From: Coraliomargarita sp.
Lineage (GTDB): Bacteria > Verrucomicrobiota > Verrucomicrobiia > Opitutales > Coraliomargaritaceae
Direction: 5' to 3'
NCBI GenBank assembly: GCA_965216325.1
Contig: OZ244160.1
Coordinates: forward strand, 2,080,001-2,144,000
Length of the DNA stretch: 64,000 nt
The translations under genes were made by a program, and so were the position numbers. This document shows, piece after piece, positions 20,144 through 30,349 of this stretch. Every line of letters begins with the position of its first letter. Position 1 is the first letter of the stretch. The notes under the pieces are model-generated. The model saw nothing but the letters and a program-made list of their open reading frames with translations. It was not told the DNA's origin and ran no database searches.

Positions 20144-21465
20144 TGGCTCCTGCTTGGGCATTCAGAGAACTCCTTCTCGATACGGTTTTGGCCTACGTTG
20201 CCGACTAGCAGGACTGTCCATGCCAGGGTTAAGAATACAAAGGTGTCGAAGCGCAGGAAATAGCTCTGCGCGAGTGCATAGGTGCTCATATAGCTGATAC
20301 TCGTGGCATAGAGCACCGCGATTGCGCGGCGTTGTCGACTGCCTGGGGGGCCTTTGACTTCCCGCCAGCGTTTGTAGAGTTTGGCGGGGAATGCCATGAG
20401 CAGGGCTGCTAGGCCAACGACACCAAGGTCGAGCCAGAGGTCGAGGTATGCATTGTGGCTTTGGCGCGGGTTCCAGGTATGCACCAGCTCCCGCCCTTTA
20501 CCTTCGGTCCAAAAAGCTCCATAGCCGCTTCCGAAAATGGGCCGTTTGAAGCCTTCATTGAGAACAATTTTCCAAACCTCGTCTCGGCCTGAAAGCGATT
20601 CATCCCGCCCAGTGATATTAAACAGTGAGGACTTAAGGTTGCCCCAGCCAATTAAACTACAGACGACGACTATGCATAGTATCAGTAGCTGTTGTGCGCC
20701 GCGCTTGTATGAGTTGCAGGCCAGTAGTGCATACAGTCCTAAAGCAACCAGCGTAGTCACCAATGTAGTTATCGACTGAGCCATCAGAAGACTAATGCTG
20801 ATCAGTGCTTGAGCTAGGCGCAGAGCGACGAGGCCCTTGATAGTCTGTGTTTGTAGGCCTACTGAGCACAGCAGACCGATCGACATAATGGCCGCTAGGT
20901 TGTTTGGGTGGGTGGTGATCCCGGCCAGCCCAGGGCGCATTGGGTTAACAGTATAGGCCTGTCCAAAGGCGAAGTGTATCGTGAGTGATGCAAATGCGAT
21001 TACAGATACGCTGCAGGTGACGATATGCAGCATGCGGTAAACAGGATTCCTCGATGAATGGACAACAGCGTAAAGCGTAACCAGTCCGAAGACAAAAAGC
21101 ACGCTGCGCTTGAGGCTGAGCATGGTTTCTCCTGACCAGATTATTGACGCTGGCACGAGGATGCTGAGCGCCAGCATGGATCGATTCATTGTCAGCGTGC
21201 TTCCCAAATTTTTAGTAAAGAACATCAAGGCCAACGAACTCATGGCAGCGCTGCTAAATAAGATTTGGCGAATGGCTGCACCTTCAAACGAGTCGGAGTG
21301 AAGAATTGGGCTAAGTGGGTAACGAAAGCCTATAGCTGAATAACTAATCCATAGCCCGACCATGATGAGGACGCAATGGCGCAAGGGGTGCTCACGCATG
21401 AGTTCAGTCCGTCCGCAGTTCGTTATGAACGGTCGGCTAGCTGTTATCTGGATTGCCGGAGTCAT
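20140..21465 (-). CDS. O-antigen ligase / Wzy polymerase family protein
   Basis: HPNNL, LSGRDEVW, PIFGSGYGAFW and SHNAYL motifs; many TM segments. Confidence 0.88.
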   Translation of the reverse strand: MTPAIQITASRPFITNCGRTELMREHPLRHCVLIMVGLWISYSAIGFRYPLSPILHSDSFEGAAIRQILFSSAAMSSLALMFFTKNLGSTLTMNRSMLALSILVPASIIWSGETMLSLKRSVLFVFGLVTLYAVVHSSRNPVYRMLHIVTCSVSVIAFASLTIHFAFGQAYTVNPMRPGLAGITTHPNNLAAIMSIGLLCSVGLQTQTIKGLVALRLAQALISISLLMAQSITTLVTTLVALGLYALLACNSYKRGAQQLLILCIVVVCSLIGWGNLKSSLFNITGRDESLSGRDEVWKIVLNEGFKRPIFGSGYGAFWTEGKGRELVHTWNPRQSHNAYLDLWLDLGVVGLAALLMAFPAKLYKRWREVKGPPGSRQRRAIAVLYATSISYMSTYALAQSYFLRFDTFVFLTLAWTVLLVGNVGQNRIEKEFSECPSRSH

Positions 21466-21469
21466 CGGT

Positions 21470-22696
21470 TCAGTCGTTGCTCAGTTGCAGCTTAGGATGC
21501 AGTTGTTGAAGGATGCCGTTTGTTCGCGCGGCTAGCTCGGGTGATGCTTTGAGCTGTCTGAATTGTTGGCTCAATAAGCAGAGTCCGACGCCGAGGATGA
21601 GCGAGATGCCGAGGCTGATGCCAAGTTCGATCTTCTTGGATGGGCCGCTCGGGCGGCTTGGAATCGCTGCTTGCCGTATGATCGCAAGATTGCCAATTGG
21701 TTGTTCGGCGCGAATACGGTAGATGTCTGCTTTTGTCGCGATGGTTGCCAGCATGTCGCGCTGGAAGCGCGCCTCTTGTTGGAGGCGTGTATAGGCGATG
21801 TTGAAACGGCCGAACCCATCGGTGCTCACATCACCGATGACGCTCTCTTTGGACTGATTGATCTGGCGTTCGATTGCAGCGTAGCGAGCCCGGGCAGCTT
21901 TGACTTCTTTGGATGCTTCGGTGTAACTGAGTAAGAGCTCCTCGATATCGGTATCCAGTTTATCACGTTCCGTCCTTAGTTCACGTAGGGCTCTTAGTTG
22001 ATTGCTGGCTTGGAGGTCGGTGTCGATTAAACCATAGTTTTCGGCCAGCTCTCCGATTTGTTGCTCGGTTTCTTCTAATCTGACACGGGCGAGAACGTAT
22101 GCTTTGTCTAGGTGGTCGGCTTGGCTGATCAACAGCTTTTGCTCGATTGAACGACTCACGCGTTCGCACTCCTCGAACATAGTATTCGCTATACTGGCCG
22201 ATAGCTCTGGATCATTGCTGATCACACTGATCTTGATGATGCCTTCCTCGGTAGTGCTAACTTGTATCATGCTTCGCAAGGCGTTGATGACTTCTTCTGA
22301 GCGATCAGCTTCAGAGATGTCTCCGGCGAGTTGCGAGGCATGCTGCTGTGCAATCTCAGTGAGCACTGCTCGCGACATGATAATCGTGCTGTAGAGGTTG
22401 GGGTTGGGGGGGAGCATCAGATTCCCCGCACTACTGCGACCGGCGCGGTCATCGGTTGCTTCGACTGAACTGGTGTCGATTGCGGCATCGACGACTGCTT
22501 TCTCCCGTGGAAGAAGCACGGCAACTGCAGAGGCTTCATAGCGATACGGCATTTGTGCGAGTCGAACCACGCCGATGAGCATTCCTGCAATAACGATGCT
22601 GATGAATTTCCACTTGTTGCTCAGGATCGCGTCAAGCAGATCCAGAAAGGGCTCTTGCCAGGCGACTTTGCGGATTTCTGTTTGGTTATTGTCCAT
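21470..22696 (-). CDS. Polysaccharide chain-length determinant (Wzz/GumC-like, no kinase domain)
   Basis: N- and C-terminal TM segments, coiled-coil centre, PxxPSGPSK motif. Confidence 0.8.
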   Translation of the reverse strand: MDNNQTEIRKVAWQEPFLDLLDAILSNKWKFISIVIAGMLIGVVRLAQMPYRYEASAVAVLLPREKAVVDAAIDTSSVEATDDRAGRSSAGNLMLPPNPNLYSTIIMSRAVLTEIAQQHASQLAGDISEADRSEEVINALRSMIQVSTTEEGIIKISVISNDPELSASIANTMFEECERVSRSIEQKLLISQADHLDKAYVLARVRLEETEQQIGELAENYGLIDTDLQASNQLRALRELRTERDKLDTDIEELLLSYTEASKEVKAARARYAAIERQINQSKESVIGDVSTDGFGRFNIAYTRLQQEARFQRDMLATIATKADIYRIRAEQPIGNLAIIRQAAIPSRPSGPSKKIELGISLGISLILGVGLCLLSQQFRQLKASPELAARTNGILQQLHPKLQLSND

Positions 22697-22709
22697 TGTA
22701 AACTCCTTG

Positions 22710-25433
22710 CTAGTCGAGGAACACAGCTGCGTTCACATTGGCGTCGAGGCCGGATTGCTCTGGGGTGAATGGACTGACGAGCGAGACATCAAATTCTTTG
22801 TCTCCGTTAGCTGTAATGACTGCGATCTCGGCGAGCTGACGGGTCAACATCACCAAATCGCCAAATTGTGCAGCGAAGGTGCGCTTCATTGGTTGTGTTG
22901 GTGCGAGCAAGACGTCCCCTGCATAGAGCTTGGTGTGCTTCTTGATGAAGCCCTTGGATTTCTTCGAGCGCTCGATCTCGCCGTTGGCGCGGATCACATA
23001 GATCAAGTCCTCTTCAGCCATTTCGGTCAGTCCGCCGGCTTTTTCGAGTGCATCTTCGACGCTAATGCCTTCGGTCACTACGAAGGTGATTGGGCGGAAG
23101 ACATCACCGGAGACACTGACGGTTGAGTGGCTGCGTGGGATGCTTAAGCTGTCACCACTTTGCAGCGGAAGGTTGTATGCGCTGCTTGGAAAGTCCTCTG
23201 TTTCAAAGGGAATCACGATACGTCCGTTAGCGTTCTCATTCGACATGCGACTGAGCAAGTCCTTGGTTTGCTCGAGTGCGATCTTTGCTGCGAGGCCCTC
23301 TTTGGAGCGTCCGGTTTGCACCATGCGCTCGAGGGAGCCTTCGGCTAAGCGCCGTGTGCGCTCGATGAGATTGTCGAGACGGCTTTGTTGCAGCTTGCGT
23401 GTGGATTCACGGGTGAATACACCAGCGCGCAAATCAGCATCTTCGAGGATGCCTCCAGCGGCTTTAATGAGATCGGTGATCTGTGCGCCATCGGGAAAAA
23501 TGTATTCGCCGGGGAAGCGGACACGACCATCGATGCGGACGCGGACCTGGGCGCGCTGCAAAGAACGGATGACGAGTTTGTCGCCATTGGACAGCACCGG
23601 GTTGAAGGTATTATTAACATGGTTGGTCGGATTCAGCGCCTCTTGTAGGTTGAAGCGATAGCGCTTCACATCGAGTTTCAGTGCTTGCGGATCGAAGAAG
23701 CGGCGAATCAGCTCGGCCTCATCGTAATAGACCTCTGGGTTTAAGTTTCCCGCTATAGCGATCAGCTCGGACACTCGCATGGATGCCGTGAGCTCGTATT
23801 TCCCCGGGCGCTGAACGGAGCCGATGATCTCGACCACCGGTTGGGGCATGGCTGTATCACGCGAGCGGATGGTAATCAAGTCGAGTGGCTTGAGTGCGAG
23901 GTCGTGGGCGGCATCTTTCATCAAAGCGCGGTCCAGTCGGGCCACCAGCACACGCTTGGACTGGTAATGCACGCTACGGCTAGGCATTTCTTCAATCGTA
24001 CTATGCTCACCGATCTGACGTGAGATGAAGGCTTGCTTGATGTAGGCATCGACTGTCAGTCCATCCGCTCGATCGATCAGGTCGCTTAGTGTCATGCCTC
24101 TGGTGAACTCATAGTCGCCGGGGCGGGCGACTTCTCCCTCGATGCGAACAATGGACTGACGTTGATCATCGACGGCTTCGATCATCAATAATTCACCATC
24201 ATTCATGGCTTGTTGCATACCTATGTCGTTGAGTTCGATGTCGCAACGCTTGCGGCCGCGACCATCGATAGTGCGCTCGATTTGTGCCAGTGGTGTAAAG
24301 GAGAAGGGGGTGAGCCCGCCGGCGATTTCCAATGCGTCAGCGACGGTGAATTGCTTTTGTGTGAGCTCATAGATGCCAGGCTCCTGAACATACCCGGCAA
24401 CGCCGACTGTAGTGCCAATCGCAGGGATATAGAGCGTGTCTTGTTCCTGCAGTTGTGGAAAGTCGGTGCTCTTGTCCGGGCTACGCAAGTAGTCATACAG
24501 GTCGATCACGCTTTGTGTCTCACCCTGGGCGCATGTGCGATTGAGCACGATTTGGCGTAAGGAGCCGTCTTTGTTGACGCCGCCTGCGGCACTGAGTGCG
24601 ACGATCAGGTTAGATAGTGCGGGTACTTCGATGCGGCCCGGATTTGCGACGCGGCCGACGACGTTGACTTGGATTGCGCGACGTTGGCCGATGCTGACAG
24701 TGAGCTCAAAGCTGTGGCGGCGTTGATTGAGGAAGGCGAGCAGGTGTGCATGCAGGTTGCCATAGCTCGTGCCTGCAACGTGCACGGTGCCGAACTCCGG
24801 GATGCTCAACATGCCATCATGGTCGACGGTCAATTGGTGAAAGGCTTCAACCGCACCGCTCAGTGTGATCAAAATCTGATCGCCTGCGCCGATAATGTAG
24901 CTCGCTGGAGTCGGGCCGGTCGAATGAACGTTAAGCGCATCTGTGGAGAACACCTTATAGCCGAATTGCTCGAGTTCGCGGTTCGCCTCACGATCGAACT
25001 TGCCGCTGTAGAGCTTTTCGAGTCGTGAGCGCTGGGCGGTCTCGTCAATCTCGCTTGCTTGTGTTTCATTCTCTTGCCCAATGTTTACTGTGATCGATGT
25101 ACTTGAGCTGTTGTTGCTCGTGGCCGCTGATCGTAAGCGGCTACTGGAACGGCGTTCATTGCTCGGGCGCGTCGGCTTATCCTCACGGATGGGATTGAGT
25201 AAATTCTTGGGAGTGCCCCATGGCCATTCGCCAGTTGTGGCTTCTGCCTGTTCAAGGGCTCGCACTGTTGGCCTTGTGGCCAGTTCAGTATAATGGGGGA
25301 CTTGTTGTACCTCTTCACGCATTTGATAGGCCCAGTCGAAGGACTTCGGTTCGTTGGCGGAGAGTGCATTGCAAAACAGAAGGCTGAGGAGCAGTTTTGT
25401 TTTGCGGCAGGTGGTGAAGTGGAGCGTCTTCAT
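22710..25433 (-). CDS. Polysaccharide export protein with multiple SLBB domains (Wza/KpsD-like)
   Basis: FGYKVF...YIIGAGD Poly_export domain and repeated GxVxxPGxYE..AGGL SLBB units; signal peptide. Confidence 0.9.
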   Translation of the reverse strand: MKTLHFTTCRKTKLLLSLLFCNALSANEPKSFDWAYQMREEVQQVPHYTELATRPTVRALEQAEATTGEWPWGTPKNLLNPIREDKPTRPSNERRSSSRLRSAATSNNSSSTSITVNIGQENETQASEIDETAQRSRLEKLYSGKFDREANRELEQFGYKVFSTDALNVHSTGPTPASYIIGAGDQILITLSGAVEAFHQLTVDHDGMLSIPEFGTVHVAGTSYGNLHAHLLAFLNQRRHSFELTVSIGQRRAIQVNVVGRVANPGRIEVPALSNLIVALSAAGGVNKDGSLRQIVLNRTCAQGETQSVIDLYDYLRSPDKSTDFPQLQEQDTLYIPAIGTTVGVAGYVQEPGIYELTQKQFTVADALEIAGGLTPFSFTPLAQIERTIDGRGRKRCDIELNDIGMQQAMNDGELLMIEAVDDQRQSIVRIEGEVARPGDYEFTRGMTLSDLIDRADGLTVDAYIKQAFISRQIGEHSTIEEMPSRSVHYQSKRVLVARLDRALMKDAAHDLALKPLDLITIRSRDTAMPQPVVEIIGSVQRPGKYELTASMRVSELIAIAGNLNPEVYYDEAELIRRFFDPQALKLDVKRYRFNLQEALNPTNHVNNTFNPVLSNGDKLVIRSLQRAQVRVRIDGRVRFPGEYIFPDGAQITDLIKAAGGILEDADLRAGVFTRESTRKLQQSRLDNLIERTRRLAEGSLERMVQTGRSKEGLAAKIALEQTKDLLSRMSNENANGRIVIPFETEDFPSSAYNLPLQSGDSLSIPRSHSTVSVSGDVFRPITFVVTEGISVEDALEKAGGLTEMAEEDLIYVIRANGEIERSKKSKGFIKKHTKLYAGDVLLAPTQPMKRTFAAQFGDLVMLTRQLAEIAVITANGDKEFDVSLVSPFTPEQSGLDANVNAAVFLD

Positions 25434-25457
25434 TGCCGGTATGTAGTTGGAGTTCTT

Positions 25458-28385
25458 TTAGGAGCAGCCAATCGAGATGGCCTGTTTGAAGCTGTTGGCC
25501 ATAACCCTGGGACTGTAGGAGCGGATAACTTTTTGGGCGGCACGGCCGACTTTTTTGAGGTCTCTACGCTGGAGCACAGCTTGTAGTTCTTGGGTGGCCA
25601 GGCCATCGACACTGAAGTCGATGGAAAAGCCGGTTTCGCCGTCGCGGATAAGGTCGTCGCTGCACCCGGCATACTTGGAGCAAAGTGTTGGGGTGCCGCA
25701 GATGCTGGCTTCGTTGACAACTAGCCCCCAGACATCACCGCAGCTAGGGAAAATATTGAGGTCGGCTGCGGCATACCAGTAGGGCATGCTTTGAGGAGGC
25801 ACGCTGCCAACATGTTCGATGTAGCGTGAGTCTTGCTTGGCGATGAGCGTCTCAAGTGGACCGGTGCCGATAAAGACCAGTTTCCATTCTGCCTTCACAT
25901 GGAGAGGAAGTGCATTCCAGTGGTCGAGTATATGCTCGATTCCCTTCAGTGGAATTAGGCGTCCAACGACCAAGGCGAGTTTTTGCTCCGGCGCATAGAC
26001 TTCACGTAGGGCTTCGATCTGGCGGCTTGCTTTGTCGCTGTTGAGTGCACGCAAATAGCTGGCGTGGTCCGCCGCATTGGGGGCGTCAATAATCTGGTGC
26101 TCCGGAACCCCCCAGTGACGAAGCACTTCGTGGGCTTGAGTGCCCATGCCGACGACGGTTGCGGCTTGTTTGAGCAGTACGCTTCGCCATAGCTTGCGAA
26201 GCCAGGTCTGTTGGCCACTGACGCGCGATTGGTAGGACCAGATCACCAATTTGGTGCGGGTCAATTTGCAGTAGGCTGCGGCAAAGGCCGTGCGGAAACC
26301 GAGTTCCAGACTGATGACGACCTTTGGTTTAAAGCGGAACAGTTGATACGGAAGCCCATAAGGAAGATGCTTTGTGAGCTTCTGGCTAAAACGTGTGGAG
26401 CCTTCGCTCACTTCAGTTTGTTTCCAGCTGAAGGAGTGTGTTTGTTCGATGGGTAAGTCATCGATGCTGACGCTCCAGTTTCGATCGAACTCAGTCTTTG
26501 CGTCGACAAAGATGCGTAGCTCAATCCCCCGGGTGTGTGCCAAACTATTGAAGACCGGCCTGCGATAGGGACTTACGATGTTGGTTAGGAAGGCGACTCG
26601 CTGTTTCGAATTGTCATTAGATTTTGGATACGCGACATGACGTGTAGTGCTGGATGGAATGAGATATGCATGTAGGCCGCCAGCTAACAATGGGAGCTTG
26701 AGCAAACCTCTGATGCAGGCTTCAGGTCTTCCTGCCAATAAGCTTGGGAGTCCGCGGGCGGTCAGTGCGGTAGTTGCTATGAGGCGCTTCGCGCAGCGAA
26801 TGAGTGGGTGATTTTTGTTATGGCTTGCTTTCAGGTTGCGCTCGTAGATCAGGCCATCGCGATATGCGCGCTTCCAAAGCCAGTTGAAGGTGGCGCGATT
26901 TGCTGGGACAAACTCCTCAACGATTGCTTCGCGGCAGCTTACGTAGTGTGCATCGCATGTCGCCATGCGTGCGAACAGGTGGCTGTCGGATCCGCCGCTG
27001 CGTCCGAGCGCACTATCGAAGCGAAAGTCGCGTGTGTGGAACCATTCGCCGCGCACCAGTGTGTTGCTGGTGCGTGTGGCACGCCAGTTGATTACGCTGC
27101 CGCTGGAGGCGACTTCTTTTTCGAAGAAGCCGCCACGTGCTTGCCAGCCATTGTGTTTGGAGTCGAGCTTTGCCGAGACGGGTCCGAAGACCGCATCGGC
27201 TTGGGTGCGCTCGGCACAGCGAACCAAGTCGACCAACCAATTCGGATGCACTGTTTCATCGTCGTCGACGAAGATGTAGGCGCCGACTTCTCCAAGCTCG
27301 ATGGCGCGATTTCGGGCATGGGCAATGTTTTGACGAGGCTCAATGGTGTAGCTGATGCGGTCGTATTGTGCGGCGTCAGCCCGGAAGGCTTCAACGCGCT
27401 CACGTGCGGAACCTTGGGCATCATTGTCAATGATGCGGAGCTCTACCGAATAATCCCTTGGTACGCTGCATGCTTTGAGGCTTCGCAGCAGTGCATCGAG
27501 TAGCTCCGGGCGCTGGTAGGTCGCGATGCAGATAGCAATGGATTTTCCTAGGCAACTATTATGTGGCCGCTTGTGATTCTGTCCGGGGTGTGGCTTTTGA
27601 AAGCTTATGCCCTTGAGCTTGGCTTCAGCCAGCTGTTTGAAGGCAGCCAGCATGAAGAAAGGGTTGGTGCTAAGGTAGCGGCGGAAGAGTCGCTTCGGCT
27701 CGCAGTAAAGGCGATAGGCCCATTCGAGGCCCATGCGTTGAATGCGTTGGGGCGCTTGGCGAACTGCACCTGCATGGAAGTCGAAGGCTGCCCCAACTCC
27801 GATCATCACGCCGGGGATGTGGGGGGAATGGGCGTGCATCCAGATTTCTTGTTTGGGGCAGCCTATACCAACTAAGGTAATTTGTGGGCGGGCATCGTTG
27901 AGCTCAGCGGTGATCGCGTCGTCCTCTTTCACGGTGAGTGGGCGGAAGGGAGGGATGACTGAGGCCACAATCTTTACATAGGGAAAGCGTTTACGAACCA
28001 TCTCAAGTAATGCTGGCATGCGGTCTGGGTGCCCGCCGTAGAATGCGACACGCATGCGCTCGTGGTTTGCCTGTTCGAGAACATGTAGCATCAGGTTTGG
28101 ACCATAGACACGACTACTGTTTGGAGCTCCGAGCTGGCGCATCATCCAGACCAGAGGCATGCCGTCTGCCGTGTTCATGTCGGCTTTGAGTAGGGCGCGG
28201 CGCAGAGTGGGATTCCAGCGACTGCTGGTGGTGGAGTGCACATTGCAGACGCAGACGGTGCGATGTTCATAGCGGTAAGCCCAGTCGATGATGCGTGTCG
28301 TGGCGCTTTCGTAGTCGACGTTGGAAAGGGGAATACCGATGACCTCGGTGCAGGTTTGAGTAAACTTTGGGGTGGAGCGAAACAT
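25458..28385 (-). CDS. Tri-domain glycosyltransferase: WecG/TagA/CpsF + GT2 + GT4
   Basis: ADGMPLVW/GIGCPKQE/GVGAAFDF/GLEWAYRL, then ICIATYQRP/FVDDDE/GGSD, then VGRLIPLKG/DVWGLVVNEA, all in one 975-aa frame. Confidence 0.9.
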   Translation of the reverse strand: MFRSTPKFTQTCTEVIGIPLSNVDYESATTRIIDWAYRYEHRTVCVCNVHSTTSSRWNPTLRRALLKADMNTADGMPLVWMMRQLGAPNSSRVYGPNLMLHVLEQANHERMRVAFYGGHPDRMPALLEMVRKRFPYVKIVASVIPPFRPLTVKEDDAITAELNDARPQITLVGIGCPKQEIWMHAHSPHIPGVMIGVGAAFDFHAGAVRQAPQRIQRMGLEWAYRLYCEPKRLFRRYLSTNPFFMLAAFKQLAEAKLKGISFQKPHPGQNHKRPHNSCLGKSIAICIATYQRPELLDALLRSLKACSVPRDYSVELRIIDNDAQGSARERVEAFRADAAQYDRISYTIEPRQNIAHARNRAIELGEVGAYIFVDDDETVHPNWLVDLVRCAERTQADAVFGPVSAKLDSKHNGWQARGGFFEKEVASSGSVINWRATRTSNTLVRGEWFHTRDFRFDSALGRSGGSDSHLFARMATCDAHYVSCREAIVEEFVPANRATFNWLWKRAYRDGLIYERNLKASHNKNHPLIRCAKRLIATTALTARGLPSLLAGRPEACIRGLLKLPLLAGGLHAYLIPSSTTRHVAYPKSNDNSKQRVAFLTNIVSPYRRPVFNSLAHTRGIELRIFVDAKTEFDRNWSVSIDDLPIEQTHSFSWKQTEVSEGSTRFSQKLTKHLPYGLPYQLFRFKPKVVISLELGFRTAFAAAYCKLTRTKLVIWSYQSRVSGQQTWLRKLWRSVLLKQAATVVGMGTQAHEVLRHWGVPEHQIIDAPNAADHASYLRALNSDKASRQIEALREVYAPEQKLALVVGRLIPLKGIEHILDHWNALPLHVKAEWKLVFIGTGPLETLIAKQDSRYIEHVGSVPPQSMPYWYAAADLNIFPSCGDVWGLVVNEASICGTPTLCSKYAGCSDDLIRDGETGFSIDFSVDGLATQELQAVLQRRDLKKVGRAAQKVIRSYSPRVMANSFKQAISIGCS

Positions 28386-28396
28386 GATGCGTCGGG

Positions 28397-29122
28397 TTAG
28401 GATTGGAGGAGTTTCTTGATCACGTAGTACGTTGACATCGCGACCATGAGGAGATCGTAGCTGATCGATTGATTGCGGATGTAGTGTAGCTCGCCCTCAA
28501 AGCGCAGTTTCCAGTCGGCGACCAATTTGTCGTCCAGCGCATTGTCGTTGATGCAGATTTGGCCGATGCTGGTAAGCCCGGGGAGGATGTCGTAGCGAGC
28601 GTGGAAGCCGTAGATGTGCTTGCTTAATTCTTTGTCCAGTGCGCATGGTATCGGCCGTGGCCCGACGATGGTCATGTCACCCTTGACGATGTTCAGTAAT
28701 TGTGGTGCCTCATCTATTTTAAGTTTGCGAAGTGTGCGGCCTAAGCGAGTAATCTGTGGGTTGTCGTTTCGGGTGCCGAGTTCGGTCTGCTTCTCGGAGC
28801 CAACGCGCATGGTGCGCAGCTTAAAAATTTCAAAGGGTTCACCTTTGAGCCCTGGGCGTGTTTGCTTGAAGAACAGTGGGCCACGTTCTCCGAATAGATT
28901 CACGATCCAGACGGCGAAGAAGACGGGTGCCATGCAGAGGAGCGCGATACCGGCGATTAGACGCATCGATCCTTGCCAGATGCGATAAGTGCTGTGGGTG
29001 TTCGCTCCGCTACCTTGCAAACGTTCGATTGGGTAGCCCAATTGGAAGCCGCTGTTGGTGTTCATAAGACGGTTCTCCATGGGGGTGATTAGAAGCCTGC
29101 GTGACGTAGGCGTTGGTTCCAC
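28397..29122 (-). CDS. Priming sugar (phosphoglycosyl) transferase
   Basis: FKLRTM, LRKLKIDEAPQLLNIVKGDMTIVGPRP and PGLTSIGQ motifs; start may be ATG 29080 or 29065. Confidence 0.92.
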   Translation of the reverse strand: MEPTPTSRRLLITPMENRLMNTNSGFQLGYPIERLQGSGANTHSTYRIWQGSMRLIAGIALLCMAPVFFAVWIVNLFGERGPLFFKQTRPGLKGEPFEIFKLRTMRVGSEKQTELGTRNDNPQITRLGRTLRKLKIDEAPQLLNIVKGDMTIVGPRPIPCALDKELSKHIYGFHARYDILPGLTSIGQICINDNALDDKLVADWKLRFEGELHYIRNQSISYDLLMVAMSTYYVIKKLLQS

Positions 29123-29595
29123 TCGTGCAGCAAGTCACGCAGCGAAATGACTACCCGGCCAAAGGGACTGTGGGTCTGCGCAGTTCGGAGGCGATCGAGC
29201 ACGTCGAAATAGTTTCCGATGACCTCGAAGACTGGCTCGCCATTTCTAGGCTGGTTCTTGTCGTAAACCGCATTGCAGCCTCCGTTTATTAACGCTTTCA
29301 GCGTGTCGCTCTCAAGCGTCGCTGACATCGCTACCACGAGGGCATTGGGGTTGAGCTTGCGGATTTCACTGAGCAGCTCGGTTGCCAGTGCGCTGCCGTC
29401 GAAGTCGTTATCTACAAAGTAGACATCCAGATGCGGCTCGACCACTGGTTTATCGTAAATGGTGATACTGCACTCAGGGAATTGAATCCGTAGGCGTGCG
29501 CGCATGACAGTGGCCGCAATTGGGTCATCGTCGATGATGCCAATTTGCGGAGTTATGCGAAATGAATTAGCTGCAGAGTTATTTTGGGGGGTCAT
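29089..29595 (-). CDS. Response regulator receiver protein, first gene of the EPS operon
   Basis: IIDDD, YFVD, MSAT and YDK receiver residues; no output domain. Confidence 0.8.
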   Translation of the reverse strand: MTPQNNSAANSFRITPQIGIIDDDPIAATVMRARLRIQFPECSITIYDKPVVEPHLDVYFVDNDFDGSALATELLSEIRKLNPNALVVAMSATLESDTLKALINGGCNAVYDKNQPRNGEPVFEVIGNYFDVLDRLRTAQTHSPFGRVVISLRDLLHEWNQRLRHAGF

Positions 29596-29606
29596 GCAGC
29601 TCTAAT

Positions 29607-29623
29607 TACATCCCGCGTGCCAA
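29607..29623 (-). promoter_or_regulatory. sigma54-like promoter of the EPS operon
   Basis: Minus strand TTGGCACGCGGGATGTA: perfect -24 element, but GT replaces GC at -12. Confidence 0.5.
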
Positions 29624-29707
29624 TTTGCTAATGGGTGTTATAAGTCGTTCTGATCCAGGGGGATCTGACGGGTTTCCTGTTTGGGCTGATTTGACGCAAA
29701 CTTTGAA

Positions 29708-29775
29708 CTGTAGATTTTACAGCATTTTCCCCATAAACGAGTGCCTGCCGGATTTGATTTCTGTAAAAAATACAG
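29708..29775. promoter_or_regulatory. Paired CTGTA-N5-TACAG palindromes (putative activator sites)
   Basis: CTGTAGATTTTACAG (29708-29722) and CTGTAAAAAATACAG (29761-29775) in the divergent intergenic region. Confidence 0.7.
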
Positions 29776-29790
29776 TAGTATCCATGATTC

Positions 29791-30336
29791 ATGAAAGGAT
29801 TGGTATTTACGGAATTTCTCGAGATGGTGGAAACGAAGTTCGGATACGAGGTCTTAGACCGTCTGACGTCCCTGCCATCTCTAAAGAGTCATGGTGCCTA
29901 CACCTCGGTCGGCAATTATCCGCACGGTGAAATGTTGAAGATGCTCGATGAATTGCATGGGGCGGTTGGCCTGCCGCATCGCGAGTTAATTATGGCCTTT
30001 GCAGAATGGTTGTTTGCGGCTTTTCTCAAGGTGCACCCAGAGTTTTTCGAGCGGGTGAATGGCTCGTTCGACTTTCTCAGCGGTATCGAGACCGTGATCC
30101 ATAGTGAAGTGCGTCGTCTCTATCCGGATGCTCGTTTGCCGGACTTCGAATGCGAACGTCGCACCGACAGGGAGCTGATTATGGACTACTCATCGTGGCG
30201 GCCTTTTGCAGATTTAGCCGAAGGTCTGATCCGTGCGTCCAGTGCGCACTTTAATGAACACATCGAAATCATTCGTGAGGCGGGTCCAACCGATGATGAG
30301 TGCAGTGCGCGTTTCACCCTTAAGCTTATTGACTAA
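29791..30336 (+). CDS. H-NOX (heme NO-binding) domain protein
   Basis: MKGLVFTEFLEMVE N-terminus, YTSVGNY, proximal His (IHSEV..LYPDA.LP.F) and YxSxR (YSSWR) motif. Confidence 0.9.
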   Translation: MKGLVFTEFLEMVETKFGYEVLDRLTSLPSLKSHGAYTSVGNYPHGEMLKMLDELHGAVGLPHRELIMAFAEWLFAAFLKVHPEFFERVNGSFDFLSGIETVIHSEVRRLYPDARLPDFECERRTDRELIMDYSSWRPFADLAEGLIRASSAHFNEHIEIIREAGPTDDECSARFTLKLID

Positions 30337-30349
30337 AGCCTAGGAGTCT

